Assembly (NCBI GenBank): GCA_963845755.1
Contig: CAWJTV010000011.1
Coordinates: forward strand, 800,001 to 864,000
Source of the DNA: an uncultured Planctomycetota bacterium
GTDB taxonomy: Bacteria; Planctomycetota; Planctomycetia; Isosphaerales; Isosphaeraceae
Direction of reading: 5' to 3'
DNA length: 64,000 nt
Position numbers and translations under genes: made by a program. Shown here piece after piece: positions 32,901-42,046 of the stretch. Below the pieces are notes generated by a model. It was given only the letters and a program-made list of their open reading frames with translations, did not search any database and was not told where the DNA came from. Numbering within the stretch: the first letter of the stretch is position 1; every line of letters begins with the position of its first letter.

Positions 32901-34326
32901 AACGTTCGCGCGGCTCTTCCTCGTCGCCGAGAAGCTGGCGGACGCGACTTCAGCCGGGTTCCAGGCCGAACTCCGCAAGACGACGCCAGCCGAGGACGAA
33001 CCGGCCAAGGACGCGCTGGCCGAGCGTCAGGCTCGCGGCGCGGTGGCCCTTCTTCGGCTGGGGCACGCCGATGCACTGTGGCCGCTCCTGAAGCACAGCG
33101 CCGATCCCCGGCTGCGGAGCTATATCGTCAACTGGCTGAGTCCCCTCGGGGCCGACCCGAAACCGCTCGTCGTCAAGCTCGAACGCCTGAATTCACTCCC
33201 TCGCCACGCGGAGCGGGGAGAGGGTGGCCGAAGGCCGGGTGAGGGGTCTTCGAGCCCGCCACCAAGAAGATGGACGAGATCCTCTTCCACCCCGAGACCT
33301 CCCAGCGGCGGGCCCTGATCCTGGCCCTGGGCACTTACAAGACCGGCGGCCTGTCGCGGGAAGAGCGCGACCCGCTCATCGCCAGGCTGCTCGACCTCTA
33401 CGAGAATGATCCCGACGCCGGCATCCACGGCGCGGCCGAGTGGGTCCTGCGGCAGTGGGAGCAGCAGCCGAAGCTCCGGCAGATCGATGACCGGCTGAAA
33501 GGCCAGGATAAGGGTGATCGCCGCTGGTTCATCAACAAGCAGGGACAGACCTTCGTCATCGTTGAGGGGCCGCTCGAGTTCCGCATGGGCTCACCCGCTA
33601 ACGAGCCCGAACGATTCTCCACCGAGCCGCTCCACCGCGAAAAGATCCCCTACCGCTTCGCCATCGCCGCCAAGGAGGTGACCCTCGAGCAAGGTCAGCC
33701 TTACTCCTCGCTGGCTCTCCAGGATGCGGAGATCAAACAGTATGGTCTCACGCCGGACCATCCCATCATCGCCGTGAACTGGTTCGACGCGGCGGCCTAT
33801 TGCAACGCGCTGAGCGAGAAGGAGGGCCTGACCGAGAACGAGTGGTGCTACCGCAAGAATGACCAGGGGAACTACGCCGAGGGCATGCGGATCAAGGCCG
33901 ACGCCGGGAAGCTCAAAGGCTACCGCATCCCGACCGAGGCCGAGTGGGAATATGCGTGCCGGGCGGGGGCACTGACCAGCCGGTATTACGGGAACGCGAA
34001 GAGCCTGCTGGACCACTATGCCTGGTATCTCGCGAATTCGGGCGATCCGAGCCAGCCCCGCGGCTGTGCGCGAACGCTGCCCAACGATCTGGGACTGTTC
34101 GACATGCTGGGGAATGTCCATGAATGGTGCCAGGATCGGTACGGCTCCGAGCCTGATCGCAAGGAGGCAAACTTGGATGCAATCATCGATGCAAGCCCTC
34201 GTCTGCTTCGGGGCGGGGCGTTCTCCAATCATACCGGCGGACGTCCGCTCGGCGAACCGTTACAGGAACGCGCCCGCGAACCGCAACATCAACATCGGTT
34301 TCCGCCCCTCCAGGACTTATAACTGA
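29975..34326 (+). CDS. TIR - DUF4145/HEPN-like - STAND-type P-loop ATPase - TM - helical repeats - FGE-sulfatase (C-type-lectin fold) protein; about 5 frameshifts
   Basis: FISYRRDDS...DWVRIEIAAAL (TIR); GPSGCGKSS and LIVLDQFEQ (Walker A/B); YQLTHDYL; FRMGSP, YRIPTEAEWEYACRAG, GLFDMLGNVHEW, LRGGAF and GFRP.RT (FGE). Confidence 0.85.
33198..33246 (+). repeat. REP-like palindrome (CCCTC..GGGAGAGGG..GGGTGAGGGG) inside the TIR-STAND gene
   Basis: CCCTCGCCACGCGGAGCGGGGAGAGGGTGGCCGAAGGCCGGGTGAGGGG, translated as LPRHAERGEGGRRPGEG. Confidence 0.7.
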
Positions 34327-34394
34327 ACACTTTTACACTTTTACCACTTCCGCCTTTTGATGTTTACGTGGCTTGGGTGAATTGGTATTGTCCC

Positions 34395-34411
34395 ACCCGG
34401 CGTAGCCGGGT
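34395..34411 (+). other. Perfect 7-bp hairpin ACCCGGC-GTA-GCCGGGT downstream of the FGE domain
   Basis: Seen directly; no U-tract follows. Confidence 0.6.
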
Positions 34412-34540
34412 CGGCACGTCGCCACCCGCGGCGTGTTCCACAAGTGATCGCACGTTCATAATTTCAAGTCAGGATCGATGAGTCCGGCAAGGTTCGAGGG
34501 CACCACACCTTGGGCTCTCCGCGTTGAGGGTCGCCCTCGC

Positions 34541-35005
34541 TCATGGGATGATGTGGGCCCAGTGTTGTGCGTCGACATATCGCGCGAGGTGTTTCACGTT
34601 ATCGGTTGCCACGACGAGGCGATCCTGAAGCCCCGTGAAGAGCAGTGCCTGAGCGGCCAGGATGACATCGGCGTCGATCCCTTTGTCGTCGGCGGTGCCG
34701 AGCCCTTTTCTCCGCGCGTCGGCCCAGAGTTCGGCGGCCTTGCGCATCGCTGCGGTGGTGATCGGGATGTAACGCCCGAGATCGATCCTCAACTGGTCAA
34801 GCCGCCGGATGCCGTCGAGCGCTCCATCCCAAAGAAGTCCGCGTCTGACCTCATAGTCGGCGATCTCGGGGATGGCGATCAGCGCTCCGTTGGCCCTGGC
34901 CTGATGGTGCCAGAGTGTTAGGCGTTCCACATCAGGATGGCCGCGTTTGCGGCAGGCGTCTCCCAATGGTCCTGTATCCAGGACGATGATCCGCGCCACA
35001 ATCAT
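34541..35005 (-). CDS. PIN domain (VapC-like) toxin
   Basis: IVLDTGPLG, PEIADYEVRRGL, DADVILAAQA and ATDNVKHL acidic PIN motifs. Confidence 0.85.
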   Translation of the reverse strand: MIVARIIVLDTGPLGDACRKRGHPDVERLTLWHHQARANGALIAIPEIADYEVRRGLLWDGALDGIRRLDQLRIDLGRYIPITTAAMRKAAELWADARRKGLGTADDKGIDADVILAAQALLFTGLQDRLVVATDNVKHLARYVDAQHWAHIIP

Positions 35006-35391
35006 CCTCCTTGCGGGATCAGGGCGGCGGTTTCTTCCGGGGCTCCCACGGGCTCATCGATCCCGATGTCGAGGGTGGCCAGCCCGGTCGAGGCCAGCCT
35101 CGCGAATCGCTCCCAGGTGGGCTTGGAGAAGATGCCACCAAAATGGCGGCCCGTCGGCCGGAATTGCACGGGGTCGATGTCGCTCTGATCGCGAAACACC
35201 TTGAAGTACCTAGGCTCCGAGGTTGACACGCAGAGGATCTCCTCGAGTGAACCGCGATCGGCCGTCCAGGTGCCATAGAGGGGTGCGGCATCGAGCGCAA
35301 CCCCTTCCTGGACCTCCCAGGGATTATCTTCCGGCCGTTCGGACACGAAGACGATCGTGTTGAGCGGCTCGATGGTGACAGCGTACAGCAT
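35002..35391 (-). CDS. Hypothetical protein coupled to the PIN gene (possible antitoxin)
   Basis: GAGGAG RBS then MLYAVTIEPLNTIVF...; stop overlaps the PIN start (ATGA). Confidence 0.55.
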   Translation of the reverse strand: MLYAVTIEPLNTIVFVSERPEDNPWEVQEGVALDAAPLYGTWTADRGSLEEILCVSTSEPRYFKVFRDQSDIDPVQFRPTGRHFGGIFSKPTWERFARLASTGLATLDIGIDEPVGAPEETAALIPQGG

Positions 35392-35484
35392 GATCGAGTC
35401 TCCTCGAGGATGGATCATCGGCCACTTCCTCATGGGATCCATGATAGCCGAGATCGCATCCGGAGTCGAAGCCGGGCCGCGCCT

Positions 35485-35975
35485 TCATTCTTTCCGATCT
35501 TTCGAATGACTGAAGACCTTCAATCGCGTCGCGAGTTGGCAGTAGGGCCGATCGTAGGTCAGGCAGTTGACCTTCCGGCTCGCGACGATGGTCTGCTCGC
35601 TCCGCCAGGTCAACCGATCGCGGAGCGGGGCCTGCTCGAGGAAGCGGTCCCGACCGATGACCAGCAGCGCGACGAATTGGATGGACGGCACTCCGAACCG
35701 CGTGGTGTACGCGGTCGTGCCCCTCTGGTTGTCGAGCCACAAGATCCAGTCGATGATCTGGCTGAACCCGCGCTCGAAACGAGCCGACCAGCCGGGGGTG
35801 GCCTTGGACGACTTCTTGAAGCTGCTGGTCTCGGTCGCATCTTCGAATTCGACGAAGCAATACTCGTGATTCTGGGAATCCCCGATCACTAGGTCGGCCT
35901 TGTGGTCGCCGAAGATGTCGAACTCGAAGGCGATCCGGTCCGTGTGGGCGATCATGTTGTTGCAGGTTCCGATGA
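35485..35975 (-). pseudogene. Shedu (SduA/DUF4263-like) nuclease domain, 5'-truncated
   Basis: FEFDIFGDHKADLVIGDS, YCFVEFEDA, FERGFSQIIDW, LVIGR and LTYD motifs; upstream part replaced by a duplicated fragment. Confidence 0.7.
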
Positions 35976-36147
35976 GATCTTCTCGAGTGAACCGCGATCG
36001 GCCGTCCAGGTGCCATAGAGGGGTGCGGCATCGAGGCGCAACGCCTTCGTGGACCTCCCAGGGATTGTCTTCCGGCCGTTCGGCCGCGAAGACGATCGTG
36101 TTGAGCGGTTCGATAGTGATGGCGTAAAGCACGATCGCGTCTCCTCG
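35976..36147 (-). repeat. ~170 bp diverged direct duplicate of 35236..35406
   Basis: Both copies encode (M/V)LYA.TIEPLNTIVF..ERPEDNPWEV.EGVA and share CTCGAGTGAACCGCGATCGGCCGTCCAGGTGCCATAGAGGGGTGCGGCATCGAG. Confidence 0.85.
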
Positions 36148-36149
36148 CA

Positions 36150-36277
36150 GACAGGCGGAAGCCCTGGCTGCGGCCGCGGCCCGCGCCGCCGAACCTCTGG
36201 CCCGCGCTGGAGCCGAGGACTGCATTCGTGAGCGAGAAGCCGAGCTCAAGCGATTGCACAACCGGAAAAATCGATAA
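36150..36277 (+). pseudogene. Remnant of a Uma2-type coiled-coil tail
   Basis: QAEALAAAAARAAE...IREREAELKRL resembles 13150..13320. Confidence 0.45.
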
Positions 36278-36743
36278 AGTCGCACCTATTCGGGCTCGCG
36301 CAATGCCGCGCAATCCACAGCTTATTATTTTTTTCGTTTTTTCTCATCTGCCGCCCCGGTCGAGAGTTGGGGAGGCCGAAGTCGTCATTTTCGCAATAGG
36401 TGCATTAACGTTTTCTGAAAGTTGAGGCATACTAATATTTGTAGAGCGCGCGTCAAACCACATCGCCCCACTCGCCCCGGAACCAAGCTGGATGCATCCG
36501 CGATGCCCGTCCTCGACCTCCTGCCTTCGAGGGACGGCCCAGCACCGCCTGCGCGCGCAGTGCGCCCACCCGGCAGGGGGTCCCGCCCGAACGTGTTGCC
36601 GGCACGGAAGATCGGTGAGGGCGACCCTTCCAAAAACTGTCTATTTGTGCCATCCAGGGCTACCTTTCTCGGGGGCTGATGCCCACCCTCGAGACCGGAC
36701 CGGCCGAATGCCCCTCTTGCGGACCGAGTGCATCCCGTACGGC

Positions 36744-38050
36744 TCAGACCTTCTTGATCGGGCTGGGCGTCCGATCGCCGAGGCCGAAGAGGTGGCGGAC
36801 GGCGTCGAAGAAGGAGTGGGGGTGGTCGTGGTGTGGCTCGGTCATGGCCGAGCGGACGGCCGCCCGCGGGTGGTGGAGGAACTGGTTCTGAAGGCGCATC
36901 ATCGTGTGAGCGATCGCCTCACGGTCGGCCTCGCTGAGGTCCGGCCGGGCGGCGAAGAGCTTGTTCAGCTCGCCGAGGCGGATCGAGTCGTAGCTGCTGC
37001 CCAGCTCCTGGAGGATGTGGCCGGCGTCGTGCTGGTGGCGGAGCAGGGCATAGCAAGTGGTCGTCTCGCGCTCGATGATCGCCAGCGCGGGGTCGATCCC
37101 CTTCTGCCGCTGGAGCCGGTTCTGTTCGGCCTGGGCGCGGAGGTCATCCACGTGATAGAGCATCACTTGATCAAGTTCACCGATCCGCGGGTCGAAGTCG
37201 CGAGGGATGGCGATGTCGAGGATCAGGGCCAGGCGATTCCGCCGCGCGCTGGACCCGCTGATATTGCTCGAGCGTGACCACCGGCTCGTTCGCCGCCGTG
37301 GTGCTGATGACCAGGTCGGCGTCGACCAGGGCCTGGCCCAGCCGCTCGAACGGCACGGCGCGGCCGCCCCAGCGCGCCGCGGCCGATTCGGCCTTCTCCG
37401 CGCTGCGGTTGGTCACCAGGATCGTCCCCGGGTTCAGGCCCTTGAGGTGCTGCAAGGTGGTCTCGCCCATCTTCCCCACGCCGATCACGAGCACCGTCTT
37501 ATCGGCGAACGAGTCGAAGACCTCGCGGGCCACGTTGACCGCGACGCTGGCGACCGACAGCTTCCCCTGGTCCATGCCGGTCTGGGCGCGGACCACCTTG
37601 CCGACCCGCAGCGCCGCCTGGAACACGTTGTGGAAGATCGGGCCGACCGTCTTGCACGCGTCGGCGGCCTTGTACGCGTCGCGCACCTGGCCGAGGATCT
37701 GCCCCTCGCCCAGGACCAGGCTCTCGAGGCTCGCCGCGACCCGGAAGACGTGGCCGACGACCCCCTCATCGTGGTAGCTGACCAGGTGCCCGGCGATGAC
37801 CTCCGCGGCGACCCGGTGGAACTGGACCAGGGCCTCCGTCAGGGCGTTCGACTTCGGGAACCTGCTCCGTGGCGCCGGCGAGGTAGACCTCGACCCGGTT
37901 GCACGTCGACAGGATCACGAGCTCGGTGCCGGGGAACGTTCGCGACAGCCGCTCCAGCCCGGCGGCGCACTGGGGACCGTCGAAGGCGAGCGCCTCGCGG
38001 ACCGAGGCCGGCGACGATCGGTGATCGACTCCCAGGGCCAGCAGTCTCAC
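36744..38050 (-). CDS. hemA: Glutamyl-tRNA reductase; frameshifts near 37850 and 37240
   Basis: LGVDHRSSPASVREALAF, LSTCNRVE (catalytic Cys), SLVLGEGQILGQV, VIGVGKMG, VTNRS and DIAIPRD. Confidence 0.95.
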
Positions 38051-38937
38051 GGCGGCGCCATCCTTCCGGCGGTCTTCGCCGTGCCATGGGCCGTGGGCAA
38101 TCGCAGGGCCTCGACCCCGACCCACGAGAACACCAGGAAACTGAAGGCCACGATCGTCAGGACCATCATGCTCCGGCCGCGCATCGCCGGCCGGAACCGC
38201 GCGTGCAGCAGCCCGGCGAAGACCACCCACATCACCAGCGCGCTCAAGACCTTCGGATCGGTCCAGCGGAGTACGTGCGGGTCGAGGGTCGCGGTGGCAT
38301 GGCCGTCGCCTCGCGTGGCGAGGCTCAACACCACGCCGATCAACAGCCCGAAGGTCAACAGGGGAAACGCCACCGTGATCGCGCCACGGTTGATCCGCTC
38401 CGATTGTTCGAGGCTCGGCAGCGCCAGCCCGGTGCGCGACGGCCGCTTGGCCTTGAGCCGCCGCATCTGCGCCAGGTACATCAGCCCGGCGAGGAACGCC
38501 ACGCAGGTAAACACCCCACCGCCCAGGAGGAAGATCCCGTGCACCGTTCCCCAGAAGCGGACGGTGCCTCCCCAGTCGACCCAGTCGGACTGCCGCGGCG
38601 CAAAACCGCCCGCGCCGACCACCAGGCCCAGCACCAGCGGAAGGACGAACATCCCCACGGCCACCGGTTTGGGCGAGCGGACCATCAGGTATAGCCCGAT
38701 CAGGGCCACGATCCAGGACAGCAGCATCAGCGAGCCGAACGCCGTCGCGACCGGCGCCATCGGGTCCTTCCGCGCCATGCTGGCCAGGAAGGCCGACTGG
38801 ACCAGCCAGCCCAGCGCCATCAACCCGGCCGCCACGTACCAGCGGATGGCGCTGCGGACGAAGAATCGCGCCAGCTCCGCCACCAGGGCCAGCGCATACG
38901 TCCCCGCGAAACAGAGGACCGACAAGCGATCGATCAC
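38047..38937 (-). CDS. Cytochrome c assembly (CcsA/HemX/YpjD-like) membrane protein
   Basis: Multiple TM helices; VHG, LPSLE..ER and WTDPKV motifs; translationally coupled to hemA. Confidence 0.8.
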   Translation of the reverse strand: MIDRLSVLCFAGTYALALVAELARFFVRSAIRWYVAAGLMALGWLVQSAFLASMARKDPMAPVATAFGSLMLLSWIVALIGLYLMVRSPKPVAVGMFVLPLVLGLVVGAGGFAPRQSDWVDWGGTVRFWGTVHGIFLLGGGVFTCVAFLAGLMYLAQMRRLKAKRPSRTGLALPSLEQSERINRGAITVAFPLLTFGLLIGVVLSLATRGDGHATATLDPHVLRWTDPKVLSALVMWVVFAGLLHARFRPAMRGRSMMVLTIVAFSFLVFSWVGVEALRLPTAHGTAKTAGRMAPP

Positions 38938-39073
38938 GCCGACACTCCCGGCATGCCTACCCCCTCCCGGGGCTTTCCTCCATCCTTCCCCGACCCGGTC
39001 CATTGTAAGCGGGCGCGGCGGGAAAACCCAGACCTCGATGGTGGTGGGCGGTGAGAACGGATCGGTACCGTCT

Positions 39074-40378
39074 TTACTCGCGCATTGCCCCGCGACCCTC
39101 GATCCGACCGAAGGCCGCGAGGCCGAGGCCGAAGGTTGCCAGCAGGGCGTAGAAACCCATCGACGGGGCGCCGAGCATGAAAGCGGGCGAGGCGGTGTGG
39201 AATGGCTTCCCGATCGCGGCCAGCTCCATCATCGTCTTCGGGGGAAGGCCGAAAATGACCAGGACGAGGACCAGGAGGACCGGGATCCGCGGCGACTTCG
39301 CGGCGGCGCGGGCGAGGACGGTGATCGGGATCAAAAGGAGAGGGATCGAATAGTCCCAGGTGACGGGCGAGACCAGGAGCATGGCCGTCACGGCCGAGCC
39401 GTAGGCGAGGTCGCGACCCGCCGGCGTCTTCGCCCGATGAGCGAGTACCACCACGACGGCCGTGACGACCAGGTCGGACACAAGTGTGCCGTAGCGGGCG
39501 ACGGCCGAGCTCGGCCAGAGCGGTGTGATCCGTCCCTGTTCACCGACCGGGTCGAACAGCTTGTACCAGAACCCGGATAGCGACAGGTTGAAGCCGTAGC
39601 TCCGGAACTTTTCCAGGGTGGGCAGGACGATTCGCACATAGTCGTCATAGGTCTCCCAGCCCAGGATGGCGATCGTCGCGAGGTTCAGGGCGGCGAAGGC
39701 CGCGCCGGCGGCGATCAGAGCGCGCCAGCGGCGCCGGGCGGCGAGGTAGATCGCGATGTAGGCGGGAAACAGCTTGATCGCGGCGGCCAGGCCGATCAAT
39801 GCCCCGGCGGCGGCGGGCCGGTCCGATCGGTCGAGTGCCCAGCTCGCCGTCACCAGGAACACCAGGACCATCGTGAGCTGACCCTGCTGGAAATTCCCGT
39901 AGACCGGTAGGCAGAGTGGCAGTAGGGCGGCGACGGGCAAGAACAGGGCCTTGAGCTCGGGCAGCGACGCGGCGACGATCGCCAGGCTTGCCAGGAAAGC
40001 GACCAGCGAGATCATGTTCCAGGCCAGCATCGCATCGGACAGATCGAGCCCTGCCAGGGGTAAGGCGAGCAGCACCGAGGTTGGCGGGTGGGCATTATAC
40101 GCGATGTCGCTCTCTTCGTCCGATTGCGGGCGTCCGAGATACAGGGGGATCGTTCTGGAATGGAGCGTATAAACGGGGAGTCCGCCCCGGTAGTTCTTGG
40201 CCGAGGCCCAATCCTGGAAAAAATCCGGCCTGGATTTCGTGGCAGGCCGAAGGATCCTGGCGTACGCCGGACCGAGCCCGACCCAGGCTCCGGCGGCCAG
40301 GACCAGACACAAGATGCTCGCCGTGCGCCAGAGCCCTGTGGCATCTTGCCCGAAACCCTGTGCCCCAGAACGGCCCAT
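39074..40378 (-). CDS. Glycosyltransferase family 87 (DUF2029) membrane protein
   Basis: DFFQDW, HPPT, GQL, AAAIKLFP and SPVTWDY motifs in a polytopic protein. Confidence 0.8.
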   Translation of the reverse strand: MGRSGAQGFGQDATGLWRTASILCLVLAAGAWVGLGPAYARILRPATKSRPDFFQDWASAKNYRGGLPVYTLHSRTIPLYLGRPQSDEESDIAYNAHPPTSVLLALPLAGLDLSDAMLAWNMISLVAFLASLAIVAASLPELKALFLPVAALLPLCLPVYGNFQQGQLTMVLVFLVTASWALDRSDRPAAAGALIGLAAAIKLFPAYIAIYLAARRRWRALIAAGAAFAALNLATIAILGWETYDDYVRIVLPTLEKFRSYGFNLSLSGFWYKLFDPVGEQGRITPLWPSSAVARYGTLVSDLVVTAVVVVLAHRAKTPAGRDLAYGSAVTAMLLVSPVTWDYSIPLLLIPITVLARAAAKSPRIPVLLVLVLVIFGLPPKTMMELAAIGKPFHTASPAFMLGAPSMGFYALLATFGLGLAAFGRIEGRGAMRE

Positions 40379-40486
40379 TGTACCGCCCCTTCGACCCCAC
40401 CACCGGCGCGGTCCGTCCGCGCACTCAACTCTAGGACATGGATGGCGATCCTGCCGTTCGTCCCGGGCGGCTCTGGGACGGGACCT

Positions 40487-41923
40487 TCAGGGACTCACCT
40501 CCAGCGACGTCTCCGCGCGGAGGAGACCGGCGAGCGGGCCGGAGTCGAATTCGACGGTGATCTTGGCCGTTCCTGGGGATTGCGACTGGGGCACTCGGAC
40601 CGAGGCCGGGCAGAAGGTGCCTCAGGCGAAGCCCGAGTGCGCGGTGGCGAGGGTCTGGTCGCCGGCCGTCTGGAGGGCGACCTGGGCGCCCAGGGTCTCC
40701 TGGAGGGCCGGCGAGGCCGGCGCACCGCGATAGCCGATGTTGATCAACAGCCCGTCGCCGGTGTAGAGCAACGGCTGCAAGTCCACGTCCTCGCCGGGCC
40801 TGGCACGCTTCGCCGGGTTGTCGGTCAAGTGGACCTCGAAGCTCGGCGTGCCGATCGGGTCGATCGCGACCGTGCCGTGTTTCTCGACCTTGTACCAGCG
40901 GGGCTCTCCCTTGGCTCCGTTGTCGGAGAAGATGAACGACCATCGCTGGCCGCCCCTGGGATCGTCGAGCGCGATCGTCACCGTGCCCAGGCGGTACTCG
41001 CCGACCGGGACCGTGGCCGGCTCGGTGCCGGAGAGGCCGTAAACCGAGCCATCGCGACCCAGGGCGGTGGCGTGCACCTCGACGGACTCGGCACTCTTGC
41101 TGGCCGCCCCTTTCCAGGCCAATCGCAGCGTGCCGACGCCCACCAGCTTTTCAATGGCGAGTCGGCTGCCCAGCTCGTCCGAGCGGACGACGTATCGCGC
41201 GCCGTCCAGGTTGAGAACCGTGGCGAAGAGGAACTGCTCGGCGGACGGGTCGAAGCGGCCGTCGGCGTTGAGGTCGATCCAGAGCCGGTCCTGGCCGTCG
41301 GACACCAGGCCGTTGCCGTCGCCATCGGCGCGGTGCGCGGCCAGATGGCGGACCGGGGAGTTCGTCGAGCCCGTGCCCGGATCGCCGAGCGCGACCGTCC
41401 CTTCGAGATAGCCGGCCGCGGCGTAGCCGAGCGTTCGGCCGCTCGCGCCGAGCCGGAATACCACGGCGCGGGGGATGGTCCGGGTGATCTCCTTGTCGAC
41501 CATCGCCACCTCGAGCGGCAATCGCCAGACGCGCTCGCGACGCGAGCCGGTCGCCGCGGGCGCGGGGGTGACGCGGTCGCGCTCGTCGATCCGCCGGTTG
41601 CGGTCGGAATCGACGTAGAGGTCGACCTCACCCGGCGCGACCTCGTCGAGCACGACGGTGGCCCGGATCGAGCCCGCGCTGCCGAATCGAATCTGGGCGT
41701 AACGACGGCGCGAGGAATCGCCGCGATAGCGGATCTTCTCGAACAGGTCCTCGGGCTTCTCGCGGCTCAGCACCAGCGCGCGGAACGGGGCGTGCTCGAA
41801 CGGATCGCCCGCCGCCGGGAGCACGAATCGCCAGGCCGGCGCGGTCGACGGTTTGTCGGAACCATCGCCGACCCCGGTCATTGCCAGTGCCAGCACGGTC
41901 AAAGGGACGAGATTCATGAGCAT
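40487..41923 (-). CDS. Secreted hypothetical protein; candidate selenoprotein (in-frame UGA at 40622-40624, 44 more codons to TGA at 40487)
   Basis: Signal peptide; DxDxN Ca-binding-like loops; ...HSGFA-UGA-GTFCPASVRVP...ITVEFDSGPLAG...LEVSP. Without readthrough the gene ends at 40622. Confidence 0.65.
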
Positions 41924-42046
41924 CGCCTTCTCTGTTGCTCAGAGGTTAATATCGTCATGGTCTCCTCACGAAACGAATCGGTCTCCGCCCGCTCCGCGAC
42001 GCGGTGGAACCGGCGCGAGGGCATTCGCGCCCGCACCAGCTCCATT

